Assembly: GCA_000826855.1 (NCBI GenBank)
Contig: JTLS01000023.1
Span: 1 to 45,488, forward strand
Direction of reading: 5' to 3'
Length of the DNA: 45,488 nt
DNA from: Basidioascus undulatus
Lineage: Eukaryota
Shown here: positions 15,473 to 28,500 of the stretch, one piece after another
How positions within the stretch are numbered: position 1 is the stretch's first letter
Layout: each line of letters starts with the position of its first letter
The notes under the pieces: model-generated
Databases searched by the model: none
What the model was told of the DNA's origin: nothing
What the model saw: only the letters and a program-made list of their open reading frames with translations
Translations under genes and position numbers: made by a program

Positions 15473-16243
15473 ATGGGAACGTCAAGTTCGGGCTCGTATG
15501 TAACTCTACCCTGCTCCCCGGGACGACCGCGACCCGCTGACCGCTCCAATCGTGCGGCAGAAAGAAGCCCGAAGCCCCAAAACCTCTCCACCCTCCGCGG
15601 CGACTACGCCTTCGTCTTCGGGGGCGAGGACGAGCCCATGCCGATGGCGCGCAGCGAGGGCGGGTTCACGCTCTCCCTCCGCAACGCGTCCAAACCGGCC
15701 ACCCCGCGCAACATCACCGGCGACTTCTGATTCAGCGTGCACGGTGCCCCGCGGCCGCACATCCGGGCGTCCGTCGTGCGGCTGCACGAGCCCGCACACG
15801 CGCGGGCGAACCGGTGGGAGCGGTTCTGCGCGGAGCTCGAGTACGACGAGCACTCGGAGGTGAAGGGCGAGGAGCTGGGGCACAACAAGCTGGCTGTCGG
15901 GCGCGTGCTGGATGACGCGGGCCGCCCGTTTGTCGAGTTCCAGGGAGACTTTGGGTGCAGCGGGTGCGCGCCTAGCGCGGGATTCTTTGTGGGGCGGATG
16001 CTGATGGAGGAGGAGCGGAAAGACAGGGGCGAGTGGACGGATCAGGATTGGGAAAACGAGGACGACGACTAGCAGATGTTGAGTAAGGAGGAGGGGAAGC
16101 GACTCAGCGTGGGTCTCACGGGCGCGGAGTTCGAGGCGGCTTGGAAGGAGGAGCAGGAGAAGACGAAGGCGGCGGGGACGAAGAAGCGCAAGGCAGGCTT
16201 GAGCGGCTGGCGGTGCGAAGACGTCTGGCGGGAAGAGTGGTAA
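15473..16243 (+). pseudogene. Hypothetical-protein gene with two in-frame stop codons
   Basis: One reading frame with coding-like codon usage (LSTLRGDYAFVFG...NITGDF*FSVHG...FVEFQGDFGCSGCAP...ENEDDD*QMLSKEE...). It is interrupted by TGA 15728-15730 and TAG 16070-16072. Confidence 0.5.
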
Positions 16244-16949
16244 AGGAGCGAAGAAGGCGTAGAGTTGATGGATGAAGATGTGATGCACCGTTATATGAGC
16301 GCAACGTTTGCAGGTTGTAGATCATCGGGAGGACTGTACTGCGACAGCGCTGAAGCGGGCATGTTACTGAAAGGATTCGAATACCTTTGCGAGTTTATCT
16401 CTGTGGAGCTATAACAAGCGCCTGTAAGTTCTCGAAACATAGTGCTTCGCTCGATTTGATTACGCAGGGCGCGACAGACAGCTGGTTTCCCCACTGCGAG
16501 TGAAAGGTACGTTGCATGGCTTCACCTGGCCTGCTGCGTGGCAGCTTGCGGTACACAAATTTATACACCATTCCTTCTCGGTAGCTAACAGGGCTCAAAA
16601 TATACCATGGGAGATCTTGAATGCATCAGTGCTTTCGCGTCAGCTTGTGTGGGGTCTGCCATGCCGTGGCGAGGCTTCTCAACCATGACCTGTAGCTTTT
16701 GTCGATTCAATAGGATCCGGAAGGTACACTTACTGTTTTTTCAAAGGTAAGGCATTCTTTTGCGCACAGGGGCTTAATTGCGAGCCTGTCCCACCGTTTG
16801 TTGCTTTCAGATCGAGCCAAGGCACTCGTCCAGCCCTCCCGAGCCATCCGCGCCCTTACGCACACTATTCTCAGACTGTGGACAGGGCAGAAGAAACAGA
16901 TGCATGCAAAAACAAATCGATTTGTAGGCACCCCTCACCACGCCTCGTC

Positions 16950-18180
16950 GCTAATATTTTCAAGCCGAATTACCTGCCCCCAGGCATCCTCAAACAACAG
17001 TCTCTTCCGAGAGACGCAACGATAACTGATTTGACAAGTCCCATACGCTCTGCGAACGAGTCGGCGGACTCGAATGTGCTTTGTGCTTCGAACTCGAGCC
17101 TGTGTTTCAACTCTCCGGCCGAAGTGCAGCGAAGGCACGGCAGTCCGGAGAGGTCGAGGCCTGCAAGGGTGGTGAAAGTGACTCCATGTCGTCTTTCTCA
17201 GGCGTTGTCAGCTCTATAGTCTGGAGTGCAGGATGACGCATGGCGGCAACGCTGGGGTCGCCGAACTCGACGGGGAGGAACCGGCGGAGACGTGGCAGAG
17301 CTCAGACAGCGAATGTATAATCACATCGGCGGCGACGTCGTTCTCGTCGTACTCGTATTCGCTGTTGTCGTAAAAGAGCCCGAGTAAATCCAGGGGTCTC
17401 CCAACGTTGCGAAGACATCGATGGAGCTCTGTCGCCGCGGCTGAACCAAGATCCAGCTTGAGGTGCTCCGAGACTGGCAGACGTGAACGAGCGAGAATGA
17501 GAATCGCTGCATCCGACATGATGTCAGTCCTGAGGATGCAGCTGAGTAGTTCTGGAGATCGAAGTAGACGGAATCGAATGCGTTCATTCGAAGTCTGCGC
17601 GGAAACTCGAACTTCATGGTGAGATTGACCAAAGATGAGAAACGGGAGACAAGCGGCGCAGTAGTATTTGGTGAACATGCAGTTGCAATGTCGAGTGTGC
17701 GAAGAGCTGTGCAAAGTGTGCAGCTGATGCGAGACGAGCAAGAGCAATCACGTTAATCTGTGTCGGTAGAACAGAGAGATAGAGCTCGTGCAGCCAGACG
17801 AGATGCGGTGCCATCATGAGGAAGCTTTCCACCGTGAAAGCGCGGTTGCGTGGGACGTCCTCGCCGTACACCAGCAAGTTCATGTGGTGAATGTACCGGC
17901 CTGGAGCTGTGGTCGGAGCTAGAAACCTGAGCTGTTCGGCCATCCGAGTCAAGTGACGAGTAGTGTAGAGACAAAGCCTCCGGTACAGCAGCGGCGCAGC
18001 AGTCAACTGTGTCCTAGAAGTGAGAGGAATAGCGGGGGCGATAACGATAGCACATACGTGGAAGCGCTGTGACACCAGGCACAATGCAAGAGCCGGATGA
18101 TCCTTGCTCGACGGGAACGAGTCCTCGCAGACGATGGAAAGGATGCGACGCAGGATCTCGGACGACAGCTGTGCAGTCAA
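16950..18180 (-). pseudogene. Decayed F-box-like protein gene
   Basis: QLSSEILRRILSIV...LALCLVSQRFH|LTAAPLLYRRLCL is the typical basidiomycete F-box-like pattern, with intron 18007-18057. Downstream coding-like segments switch frames several times around 17500-17750. Boundaries approximate. Confidence 0.55.
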
Positions 18181-19138
18181 GTCTTGTCGGCGAGATGGTG
18201 TCAGAATTCAATAACGTATACACCAAGCAAGGAATGCGGAAAGAGCAGGCCGCGAGAATTGGTGACAGACGGGCCACGGCAGACAATCGCGAGGCACTAT
18301 GTCCACCCGTAGTCGATTTACTCCGGAATGCCACGCACCATAAGCTGAGAATGGGATTACAGTCTGAAAGGATGGATAATGGAAAGAAGCAGAGTGTTAA
18401 CTGGGGCTGCCGCGTGACTCGGTCGATGCTAGCAGGGAGATGATGGTGGGTGGGAGGTAAGCGGCGATTGATCGCGGCGGGACAAACAGAACACGGCTCG
18501 TCGCAGCTCGTGAGGCCGGCACTTAAATCCGCTTTAAGAATTTTAATGGATTGAAGACCGTTTCTAGGATCGAACGTGTTGCTCACGCAGAACTCTGCTT
18601 CTGCACTCAGGGACTTGATGTCGGTGCAGCGGATGCACCTCGTCGCTCTCTTGAGAAACGATAGACATCCGTAAGCTCCCGCTCCACTGCCCCTGAAATT
18701 TTTTAAAAGGTTTTATATGCATTACTCAGAAATTTGCGTGATGTCTGTGGTCCAGCGAGCAACTCACAGTCCATAAGACGTTGTCGTCCCCTCTTACCAC
18801 GCTTGCAGCTGCGCGTCCGCAAGATCCACATTTAATGCCTCTGTTAAGCCCATCACAATCCCACCACTTATTACCAGAAACTTACTGTTCTCCAAGATCC
18901 TTGGCCTTTTAGCGGTTCAGTGCCGCAAGCGCCACCCTGTGTCCACATTCAGGACCGACAAACGCAACTTACACTCCAGCAACGTTGTCATACAACCCAG
19001 TTCTCGTCTATCTTGTTCCCTGATCATGGCCGAGAGTTATAGGCAAAACTTTCCGTTCATTCGCGCAGTCACTCGCCGGAGGCCACCCAGGACAGGGTGG
19101 TACAACATGCAATTTCAACAGTGCACGAGTACAATATT

Positions 19139-21785
19139 CTAAGGCATCCAGGCGGGGGGGAATTGATCGTTCACTTCGTAGAAAGGGGGATACCAAAGGG
19201 GGGCATGGAAGGCGGCAGGTGGGTCGAGCCAAGGGAAACTAGGCGGGTCGCAGGCAGGAAAAGTAGACGGGACAGCGTAAACATATTGCTGAGGGAAAGT
19301 CGAAGCGACGTTCGCATCAAACGGAGGGGGTATATCAGGTTGGGTATTAGCAACTGGGATGTGTGCAGGCTCCGTGTGCTGAACACCCTGCGCCGCCCAG
19401 CGTCCGGCCTCGTCGCGACATTTGCGCTCGCACTGCGCCGCCCAGCCGCCGAGAGCTCGCATCTTCTGAAGCAGCGGCTCTATGTCGAAGAACCTGTCGT
19501 TTGGCATCACGAGGCCGTGCTCGGCCGCACCTGCCTGCGCCCAAAGGGAAAGGCTGCACACCAGCCCGAGCGAGGTGAACTGGTGCTGCGTCGCGGCGCC
19601 GAGGTCGCCAGCGCGCATTGCTGCGTCTACGAGGCCTCCCGCCATGCGCCCGGCCGCGGCGATGGCGATGCGGTAGGGCTGTTCCCGAAGGCGAGGATGC
19701 AGTGGGGTAGGAAGAGCGCGAATGGTCTTGCTGAGACGAATGGCAAGCAAAGCGTGCACCGTCCAGCTTTGGAGTTCGAAAAGGTCCAGAGCGATTGCGG
19801 GCGCGGGGTGGAAGACCGACGCTGTGGGAGTGACAAAGTTCAGTTAACGAGCTACTGGGGAAGTTGGCGAAATGGAACAAACCTCGTAACCGCCGCAGTT
19901 CAGCTAGCCAGCGATCGACTTCTGCGTTGAGTTTGCCGAGTGACTGAACGGCGTTCTCAAGATGACGGCTCGAGGTTTGACCCTCCTCAAGGTGATGAAC
20001 GACGCCGATGAACTCTGTCGCAGCCAGAAAGATTGAGTCCTCGAGTGCGAGGAAGCTGCGGTCCCATCAGCCTGGCGCAATTGTTGCAGCCTCATGGAGC
20101 GCAGGATGCCCACCGATCGCCCAAATATGCTGGATCCAACGTCCCAGGGGAGCTTTCGATGTCGAATACATCGCGAGCGGGTGGATGAAGAAGCGACGGA
20201 ACAAGCCCTCGGGGAGAATCAATTATGGTGAAGCTGCGATAGGGAGTCCATCAGCAACAGGCTTCGCCTCGCATGTGGTCTGGACACCGGACATGAAGTC
20301 AAGATGACTGATATGGTACCACTATGAGGCTTGCTTGTTAGCATACCCGACATCTAACATAAACGAAGCGAAGACATACCACTCGAGCGTCGGCAAGCTC
20401 TCTCTCGAGCTCGAGCTCGCGGCCGGGCGCGCCTTCCGCTCGCAGTCGAGCTACCTTCCGGCCAGCCCTGTCCATCCCCAACGCGGCGGCCATCCTCATC
20501 GCCACACCAATGAGCATACGCCCGTCGGGTGCCTGGGGGCGCTGCGACCTAGATCGGTCAAGCGGTCCTACGTAGAACAAGGCCAGCAGCAGGCATGCGC
20601 AAGTAGCCTCGAGCGACGGTCTCGGACTGTGGCGTTATAGGTACTTTCAGAATCTCAAAGCGAGACTGGTTGATAGGGGATGAGACTTACTTCATAATGG
20701 CCGACAGGAGGTGGCGTCGGAGTAGGGCTGAGATCTGCTCGATTATTGTCGGCGTCGCGAATGGCGGAGCGAGCTGGCCGGTGAAGCAGCAGAGGATGCA
20801 GGCGGTGTCGAAGAAGCTACCTTTGATGGAGTACCGCGTAGGATAACGCCAGAAGGTCGGTTCCGTGAAGTTTCGAAATCTTAGAGTCTCCTGTCAGATC
20901 GATGTCAAGGGGAAGCGGACGGGGGAAAGCTCGCGTACACGTCCAACGCGTGTTGCGCCTGCTCAGCGGTCAGAATCCCCTCGCTCACTGGGTCGCCAAG
21001 GTCGCTCTCGCTGTCGCGACCCGCAACGTCGCGTGCAAAAGACGAAGGCGCCTCCGACAGGCCCCCAAATCCGCGCGGGTCGCGCAGAGACGGCCAAGTC
21101 CCACGAGGCGCCTGCGATTCGCCCGAATACGTAGGCCGTCCGGCTGACAACGGCGGCGGGTACGAGGCGCTGGGCCTCGTGCCGGGAGCGATGGAGGTCT
21201 GCTGCAGCTTCTCGCCATGCGATGCGAGAGCATGGTTGTGCGAGTCCAGGTGGGCTTCCGCGAGAGCGAGTCGACGTTCGAGGTCCGAGAACGATACGTT
21301 TATACTGAATACTCCCATTATCAGTCAGGGCACCCAGACAACTCGATTGGACGGGGAATGAAAGAGAAAACAACGTACCTCATTGCTGGCGCTGGAGAAG
21401 CGCCTGCGCCGTCGCCGATCCAAGGCGCGCCCGGGCCATCCGCGAAGGAGCAGCTAAAGGGAAGCAAGTGGAGTCGTTGTTCCCGGTAAATATGTTTCCA
21501 GTGTGCGGCAGATGAAGTTACGACGTTGCGGACTTGCCTGATGCCCAACACCGCACAGCGATGACAAGTGTTTCCGGCCCTCAGAGGCACCTCGCACCGC
21601 GACTTGTGTCTTTGGCAGGCTGAATCAACGTGGGAGCCTCCCAGTTCAGCCAAAAGTCTTGATACGATTCTTTGAACTAGCTTGCACTACTCACAAAGGC
21701 ATGCCCGACGAGTCTTCATTCGTTTCGAACCTGACAGTATCGGTTCGATGGGAGGAGGAGCGGATGGAGATTGGGACCGCTTCAT
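19139..21785 (-). CDS. Zn(II)2Cys6 (GAL4-type) fungal transcription factor
   Basis: Spliced binuclear cluster RRACLSCQRHKSRCEVPLRAGNTCHRCAVLGISCSF. Middle-homology-like segments DPVSEGILTAEQAQ and LIGVAMRMAAALGMDR. The frame can be kept open by canonical introns plus one GC-AG intron (21454-21537). ATG at 21785, stop at 19139. Confidence 0.88.
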
Positions 21786-22156
21786 AGGGACACGTGTTCC
21801 GCGAGGCCGTGGCGCCGGGAAGTTGAAGTTGTGGCTAAGAAAGAAGTGTGAGGGGGACGACACCGACGGGGGTTGTTCCACCGGCCGGAGATGCAAAGCG
21901 CCGTCTGTTGGCCTAATACTTAGACTAGCTACTTACAGTAATCCTCCCGACGCGTCAGGGAAACACCATTCATTTGTACATATCAGGCAGGGAGCCCGTA
22001 CGGGTTGGGCTTCAATTTGTAATTGTGGGCTTTCTCGTCGGGACCGTGCGTCGGGCCTCTTCGTGAGCTGCCAGCGTTCTTTTCAATGACAGCACTGCAC
22101 CTCTTGGCGTCGCAAGTTCCACGCGCTGTCTTCTCAACTTAAGACGTTACATGCCT

Positions 22157-23770
22157 TTATTTCTTCCCCCTCAACCATACGGATGTTCTGTGACCCTTTG
22201 GACACGGGTCGAAAAGCATGGCGCGCCAGTGGGGATCGAGAACTAGTTCAGGCTCATACCTGAAATGGGTACCCAGATTCAGCGGTTGCATGCTGCCATA
22301 TTTAAAATGTGAGCTCTGAAGTTGAATGATATATTGAAGCAACATGTCAGAGAAGGTTTGGCTGTTTGAGTGCGAGTTGGCATCTACCCCCGGCATACTA
22401 GCCCATTTTTTTGCGAGCATGGAGGGAGAGTATTTGAGCACTCTTTCATGAATGTACCAATCTAAAGATGTGTTATCTAGATGGGTGTGAGGCATTTTTG
22501 ATCCGGTAAGGGACCGGGACGAGCAGTACTACCACTCCCTGGGTGTTCGCGACGAACCCTGTCAGGAAGCCCTGCACCAGGACAGCCCAATACTTCAGAG
22601 ATTAAATTTGAGGCATCGAGAAGTACTAAGCACCTCCCTCTCTTCAGCGTACAGGAGAGGAGAGACATCAAACGACATCTCCGGGAAAGGGTGGGTGGAG
22701 CTTGACGATATTGGCAGCGCTGCGTGCACATGCACGTCTCAGAAACCCGGAAGCGAGGTCCCAAAGACGTTTGTGTAGCAATCAAAAGAAACTCAACCCG
22801 GAGAGGGTGAACTTGTGCCTGAGTTATGTGTTTGACTGACAGAGTAGGAGTTGCGAAGAAGGCTTGTTCGCGCAGCCGTTGGCATGTGCGCGGGTGAAGT
22901 TGGGTGAAACCGCTTTTCCTCGCTTCCGCCCGAGCGGGTAAAAGGCCTGTATTTTTAAGTCTTTATATCCAGGGTGTCAGATACTAACTGGAGGAGTGCA
23001 GACATCCTGATGTGCGACAAAGCGTGGATGCCAGAAATTCTGGCTGAGACGACATTTCAGTCGTTCGTTCGTCAGCAAGTCAATGTCAAGAACTGGAGAG
23101 ACAGACGGAATCTCACAAGATGATGGCTGTATCTCAGGTACGATGGTTGATCAATCCGACTTGCAGTGCGCTCCGCCGTCGCACGGTGAATTGGAGCTCA
23201 ACGACGACGCAGTGGCCGAGAAGAACGATTCGGGCGGGTCGCACTCCACTGAAGCCGCACAGACTTGAAATGATCAGCGTTCATGTCTCTCTCCAACATC
23301 AACATCACAATGAGAATGACTAGGGCCACAGTGACGCGTTCACGCTCCTGGATTTCCTCGGGAAGCCTCGCCGCGGTACCGTCCCATCAGGGCCAACCGC
23401 TCGTCCCCGCGTTCTCGAAGCTCTGCCCGCTCAAACCCTCCACTAAGTCCTTCCAAGCTTTCGAAGTCCTTCCCCAATATACATCCCCTCAGAAAGCTCA
23501 CCGACTTTAGCCTCCGCCAGCAGCGCAGGCAAGTACGCTCTCTCCAAGCGCACCTGAAATGCACTGTGTTTCTTTTGCGAGAGGAGGTAGGGCACGTCCT
23601 CCCACCACCATGAACCGTACGTTAGATCATATAACTTGCTTCTGAGTTCCTCTTGGGACTCGAGCTCCTGGCGCTTAGCTCAGCGAGGGACACGGGCGCC
23701 AGGTTGTACGCCCAGTAGATGCGCTCGTCGCGAGCGGTCCAGAGACCGCGGAGATCGGAGGACTGCTCAT
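22157..23770 (-). pseudogene. Heavily degraded gene relic, possibly F-box-containing
   Basis: Coding-like fragments DLRGLWTARDERIYWAYNL, YGSWWWEDVPYLL...LERAYLPALLAEAK and ARLPEEIQE (LPxEI F-box-like start), broken by stops and frameshifts. Confidence 0.3.
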
Positions 23771-24873
23771 GTCAATTTGATGGGCTCAAATGGGTGGGGT
23801 TTCGGCCGCTGATAGAGAGGACACCGGGGTTGGGCAGAGTAGAAAGGCGGAGTTGGGATCGAGGTGGCGCCCATGCAGAACTGCAGGAAAGGCAACAACA
23901 CCCGCCACTCTAATACGTTCTATTTCAAACCTTGCAGCTCCATGGAAGCTCTGTAAAGCTCCAAACTGAGTACCTCAAGTAATAGCAACTTCTGCCCTCA
24001 TTTTGGCTCGTCCTGTCCTGAGGCGTGGTCCAAGGCTCACAGTCCGGCTCGATGCATGAGTCCCCACGTCAGCGATGGCCGCTCTGGCTTAGGTTTGCCA
24101 AGTCAGCATTGGCCACTCCATAGTAGGAACAATAAAGTTGCGTGTTTATTCTCTAGCAGAGGAGGAGGCAAACAACGTGAAGTAAGGGGCTGCTGCTTCG
24201 ATGTTGAGCGTCGCAAGCAAGTAGTACGCCTAGCCACCAGTCTATGCGCAGCTTCCGACCAAAACCCAGAGAACCAATAACTCAATTAAGACTCGTGAAA
24301 ATTCTCAGCCAGAGCGGCACGCACGGCTTCGCAGTAGAAAACATCACGTCTCGGGGCGGCTACGTGCTATGAGAAGACCCCAGCATCACGGTGTTTCATC
24401 CTTCTTTCGCTGAATACATGTTCATAACCACAGGTGGTTCGTCGTTACTCCCCAACGTAGCCTTCAACAGCGGACATGCAGTAGCTGCTTGCTCGGACGT
24501 AACGAAAGCCTCTCACGTTTTAAGTCGCCTTGCGACGAGACAAGCTACCCACCTCAGCGCAAAGCAAAGCAAAAGACGCGAAAAGCAAGAGTAGTATCAA
24601 TGAACCAATAAGATACACAAGTAATTAGTTACCCAAGGAGAGACGAGTCCGGTACGGTACTGAAGATCTACGTCAACGTCGTGTGGTCGTGAAAGCAGGG
24701 CAGGGGGTGGGGTATGGTATTAAGCGGGGATGGGTTATCGTCGGCGAGGTAATGGGGAGAGTGTAAGAGAGAAAGGGGAGGAGGACTGTGGGCGGCAGCT
24801 GGGTGGGGGACAGGTCAGCCTGGCCTTCGCAGAGGGCGGAGGGGAACAGGTCGCACATACACGCAGACGCACC

Positions 24874-26277
24874 TTATTTGGTACCCGGCGGTCCCTCGCC
24901 CGCACTCGGGGCACTCTGGGCATCATGCTTCACCTCTCCCTCAGGCTTCGCCTCTCCCACCGCCTCCGCATTCCCGTTCACCTCGTCCTTCTTGCCCTCC
25001 TCCCTCATCAGCATCCCATAAGAGGGTAGAAAAGTCCGTGCGAGCGCCACGCACTGCTTCAAGTACTCCCGACTCTTTGCCCGGCTCTTCGGGTCCCGCC
25101 CCGCAGTCGAGTTCCGCACCCAGCTCGGGAGCGTCGCCCCGGGCCCGACGCTGTTTTGCCCGGTGCCGCCGAGGCCGTTGGGGAGGAAGAGCGTGCCCGT
25201 CGAGAACCGATTCGGGTTCGCGGCGCCGCCCGCCCCGTGGGAGAGGAGCGTCGTCGGGTCGCGCAGGTGCGGCGGCGGGTGGCCGTCGGAGGAGCCCAGG
25301 GATTCTGATCGCATACACGCAGCGTGAGCGGTCACGGTCGTGCGAAGGAGCAAAGGGGAAATAGGTGGAACGAATACGTACGCATGTCTTCTGAGCGCGG
25401 GGAAGACGTGCCCGACGGCGAGGCAGACGTCGCCTCGGACGTCTGGATCGCAGCGAGCTTGGCGGGCGGTATCCCGCCCGCGGGGGGTTTGTCGCCCGAC
25501 TCGGAGCCCGGCTTGGTGTGCTCCTTCTCCTTCTCCTTGTCCGACGAGCCCGCCGCGGACTTGGTGGGGGAGGCCGAGCGCGGGGCGGTGAGGGCTATGT
25601 ATTTCGCTCTGTGAGAGGTGACGAGAGTCAGAGGGGAGTGAGGGAGTGGAAGTGAGGGGAGACGAGGGAGGAGGACGAGGGCAGCAGGTAGGAAGGAAAA
25701 GACGAACCGCTCTTGTCGCAATGCGTACTCGAGCATCTTGACTCGCCGCATCAGATCCGTTTTGAGGTTCTCGACGCCTCGCCGCTCGCCCTCGAGGAGG
25801 GCAATCCGAGCCTGAGGTCGTTGCGGAGAGAATACCGTCAGCGTCCCAGCACGTCGACTTGCGCACGCACGCCTCATCTCGCCTCCTTCCTCATGCGTGC
25901 CCGAGCCTCCATTCTTTCTACCATCATCTCCGGATAAATAAACACGCTGACTCACCCGCATCTCAGCCCGCTCAATCTCCCACTCGTTTCTGTCCCGCTC
26001 ATACCTATCCACCCGCACGCAAAAAGCCGCCCGGGTCAGGCCTATTCGCCCAACGCCCCACACCCAGCGCGCCAACGCACCGTCGCCATTCGGTCTGCAG
26101 ATAATGCAATATGCTCGCGAGCGTGAGCTCCGGTTGTTGAGCTCCTGCCCCTCCGGGCTGCGGGCCTGGAGCAGCGCCGAGCTGTGGGCCCTGGGGCTGC
26201 TGGGGCGACTGGGGCTGCTGCTGACCGGCCTGCTGGAGGGAGGGGAGGAGGCCGTTCTGCAGGGGTGGCGGGTTCAT
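24874..26277 (-). CDS. Striatin-family (STRIPAK scaffold, Far8/PRO11-like) N-terminal half, with no WD40 domain present
   Basis: Spliced LTLASILHYLQTEWRR|YERDRNEWEIERAEMR|ARIALLEGERRGVENLKTDLMRRVKMLEYALRQER is the striatin N-terminal signature. It is followed by GRDPKSRAKSREYLKQ, then an unrelated charged tail ending at TAA 24874. Confidence 0.85.
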
Positions 26278-27129
26278 GGCGGAGAAGGCTGTGGGGGGGG
26301 TGGCGGTGGCGGTGATTGATGGTGAGCTACCGGTGTGCGTGGAAGGTAGAGGGGGCGCCTGGGACGGACGGAGGGGGGAAGGGTGGGAGTGGCTGTAGCT
26401 GTGTCCCCGGGCTGCGATAACGCGGGAGAAGGCGGAGAGGGGGAGACTGTAGCTATTTGGCGGCGGAGGAGAGGGCGGAGAGTCGCGGGCGGCGAAGGAG
26501 GAGGAGGAGGAGGAGTAGGACAAGGACATCGATCAGCAAGGCGGCGCTCTCTCTCTGGCGGGTCTCGATCCCCGCGAACAGTGTGTTCGCGCCGCGTGAT
26601 ACTGACCCAGCGTGCGATTTATAGTCGGGTACGCGGTGTAGTCGTGGATTTGCGGGCGAGAGCGGCGAAGATGGCCGGTGAGAACACCGGGCGAGAGACT
26701 GCAAAGGCGAAGGGGGAATGCTGGCACAAGGCAAGGGCGCGGGTCGTGCGGGGGATGAGAGCGAAGCGAGCGCGTCGTCAAACTGGGCCTTACGTGCACC
26801 GCTCGTCGTTCCTTCGTGTCGACCACGGCGTGGTGGCTGGTGAAAAGATCTCGGGTAAGGATGTTGGCTGGGATGTACGGCGAGCTCGTCGCACCTCGAT
26901 GTGCGCTCTTGCGTAGACGGACCGGGTTCACTCGTAGGTATCTTCATCCACTTTGACAAGGGACAGCTGGGCACACGTCATCCTGCATTTTGTTGTACTC
27001 CTTCGCAAGAAGACGCTGAAGTCGTATACTTCTCCTCAGTGTGATCCATACCACGAGGATGGTCAGGAAGGAGCCAGCCAGCGACCGTGACGAGCAAAAG
27101 CATAAATGCCGCTGCGACAATCCAACGCT

Positions 27130-28500
27130 CTTTATTCATCCAGGATGAGCTGCATCCTACCGAGTCCTTTTTCCATCACGCACAACATGTTACTGAGAGT
27201 GAGTGCAAGAGAAAAGAAGGTGGAGCCAGATGCTGAACCCGAATCAGGCGGGCCTTCGTGAGCCTTCCTCCTCATCATCTGCTGTGGAGTTCGCCTGTAC
27301 GACACCGACTTTCGGGACGAATTGGCTTCAGTAAGGCCCGAAAGGACCTCATTGTATCTACTTTCCTGCACAAACATCTTCACAACAGTACTACCTGACC
27401 CGATCATAAGTTGACCGCTCCTAGCTGAGCCGCCTCTCGCGAAGCATTACAACCGGCTCGGTCCCCGCCGCCTTGGCCATCTCCTTTTAGAAAGATACAG
27501 CTAAAAGCAACATTCCAGCCTCCTGTCCCTTGATCCGAGCTTCCCAGCTCGTCAGCTCTGTCACTGCCTTCTCCAACCGGCAACTTCAAGCTCTGTTTGA
27601 CCTGCACACCTCACTGGGGAATATTCGCCATACAGTGACAATTCTCACCTTAATAACATAGTACAAGTATTTACAATTGCTTTGACTGAAGCCTGGTAGA
27701 ACGTAAGGGCGTACAAACACAGATCGAAGAAAGTTATTCATCCTTAGGGTTGATCCTCTTATCCCCTGTTCTGCTTCCACACGGAGCGAAGACTGGTCAC
27801 CTCGAAAACCGTAACGCATGCTCAAAGAAGTGCATTTGTCCCAGCGCTTAGAGGCCATCGCGGCAGCGTGTCTACCAGCTTCGCCTCTACGCTGTCCAGC
27901 TTTCGGCTTTCCATGCGACAGCATTCCTGCGCCCCCGCTTCGTACAGTTACCCAATTCCACAACGCCACGATTCCTCTTGTGTGACCCCACTGATCTGAT
28001 TGCCTCGCTACACTTCCGGAAGGAAGCCTAAACCGGGAGGAAAGTGTCCATGCCTACTCTATTCGCCCGAGTGCCCCCTGGTGTTCTTGGCGTTACCGAC
28101 CACGGGCGCACAACGCCTAGCGAGCCGGCATTTCTCCAGCACCCCCAAGCTCTGCGCACATGCCCGTGTTATGTACAAGCACTTCGTTCTTCGAACGCCC
28201 CTGTTACCGACCTACTCGAAGGAAGTGAAACTAGCTTTTCACCGTACAGCTCGAGCTTTACACCTCGAAGTGCGCGCGGGCAGCACTGCAGAGACGCTCG
28301 AACCGCCGCGCTTCGAGCTGGTCTCGTACCTCAGACCTCTGCGTGGCCAAGAAGAAGAAGCGGAAGAAATTCCGTCGAGAATTCTTACAAATGTATCAGC
28401 TTGGTCGTGAGCCGTAGCTTTCGCTTTGTGCCGGAGGCTGGCTCTTTCTTATGCTGGGCCATTGTGGACCAGCAGAAGTTCCTGTGGCAACATTAGGATA
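27130..28500 (+). pseudogene. Possible degraded gene relic of unknown family
   Basis: Lower-GC stretch with short coding-like fragments in shifting frames (e.g. LYDTDFRDELASVRPERTSLYLLSCTNIF). No recognisable domain. Confidence 0.15.

Noticed and set aside
15728..15730. In-frame TGA as selenocysteine
   Set aside because: The Sec machinery is not known from Dikarya, no SECIS was recognised, and a second in-frame stop is TAG.
23667..23703. GCGCTTAGCTCAG resembling a tRNA 5' end or A-box, inside a CCTGGCGC/GCGCCAGG hairpin
   Set aside because: No TTC-containing T arm or cloverleaf follows, and it lies within a coding-like relic on the other strand.
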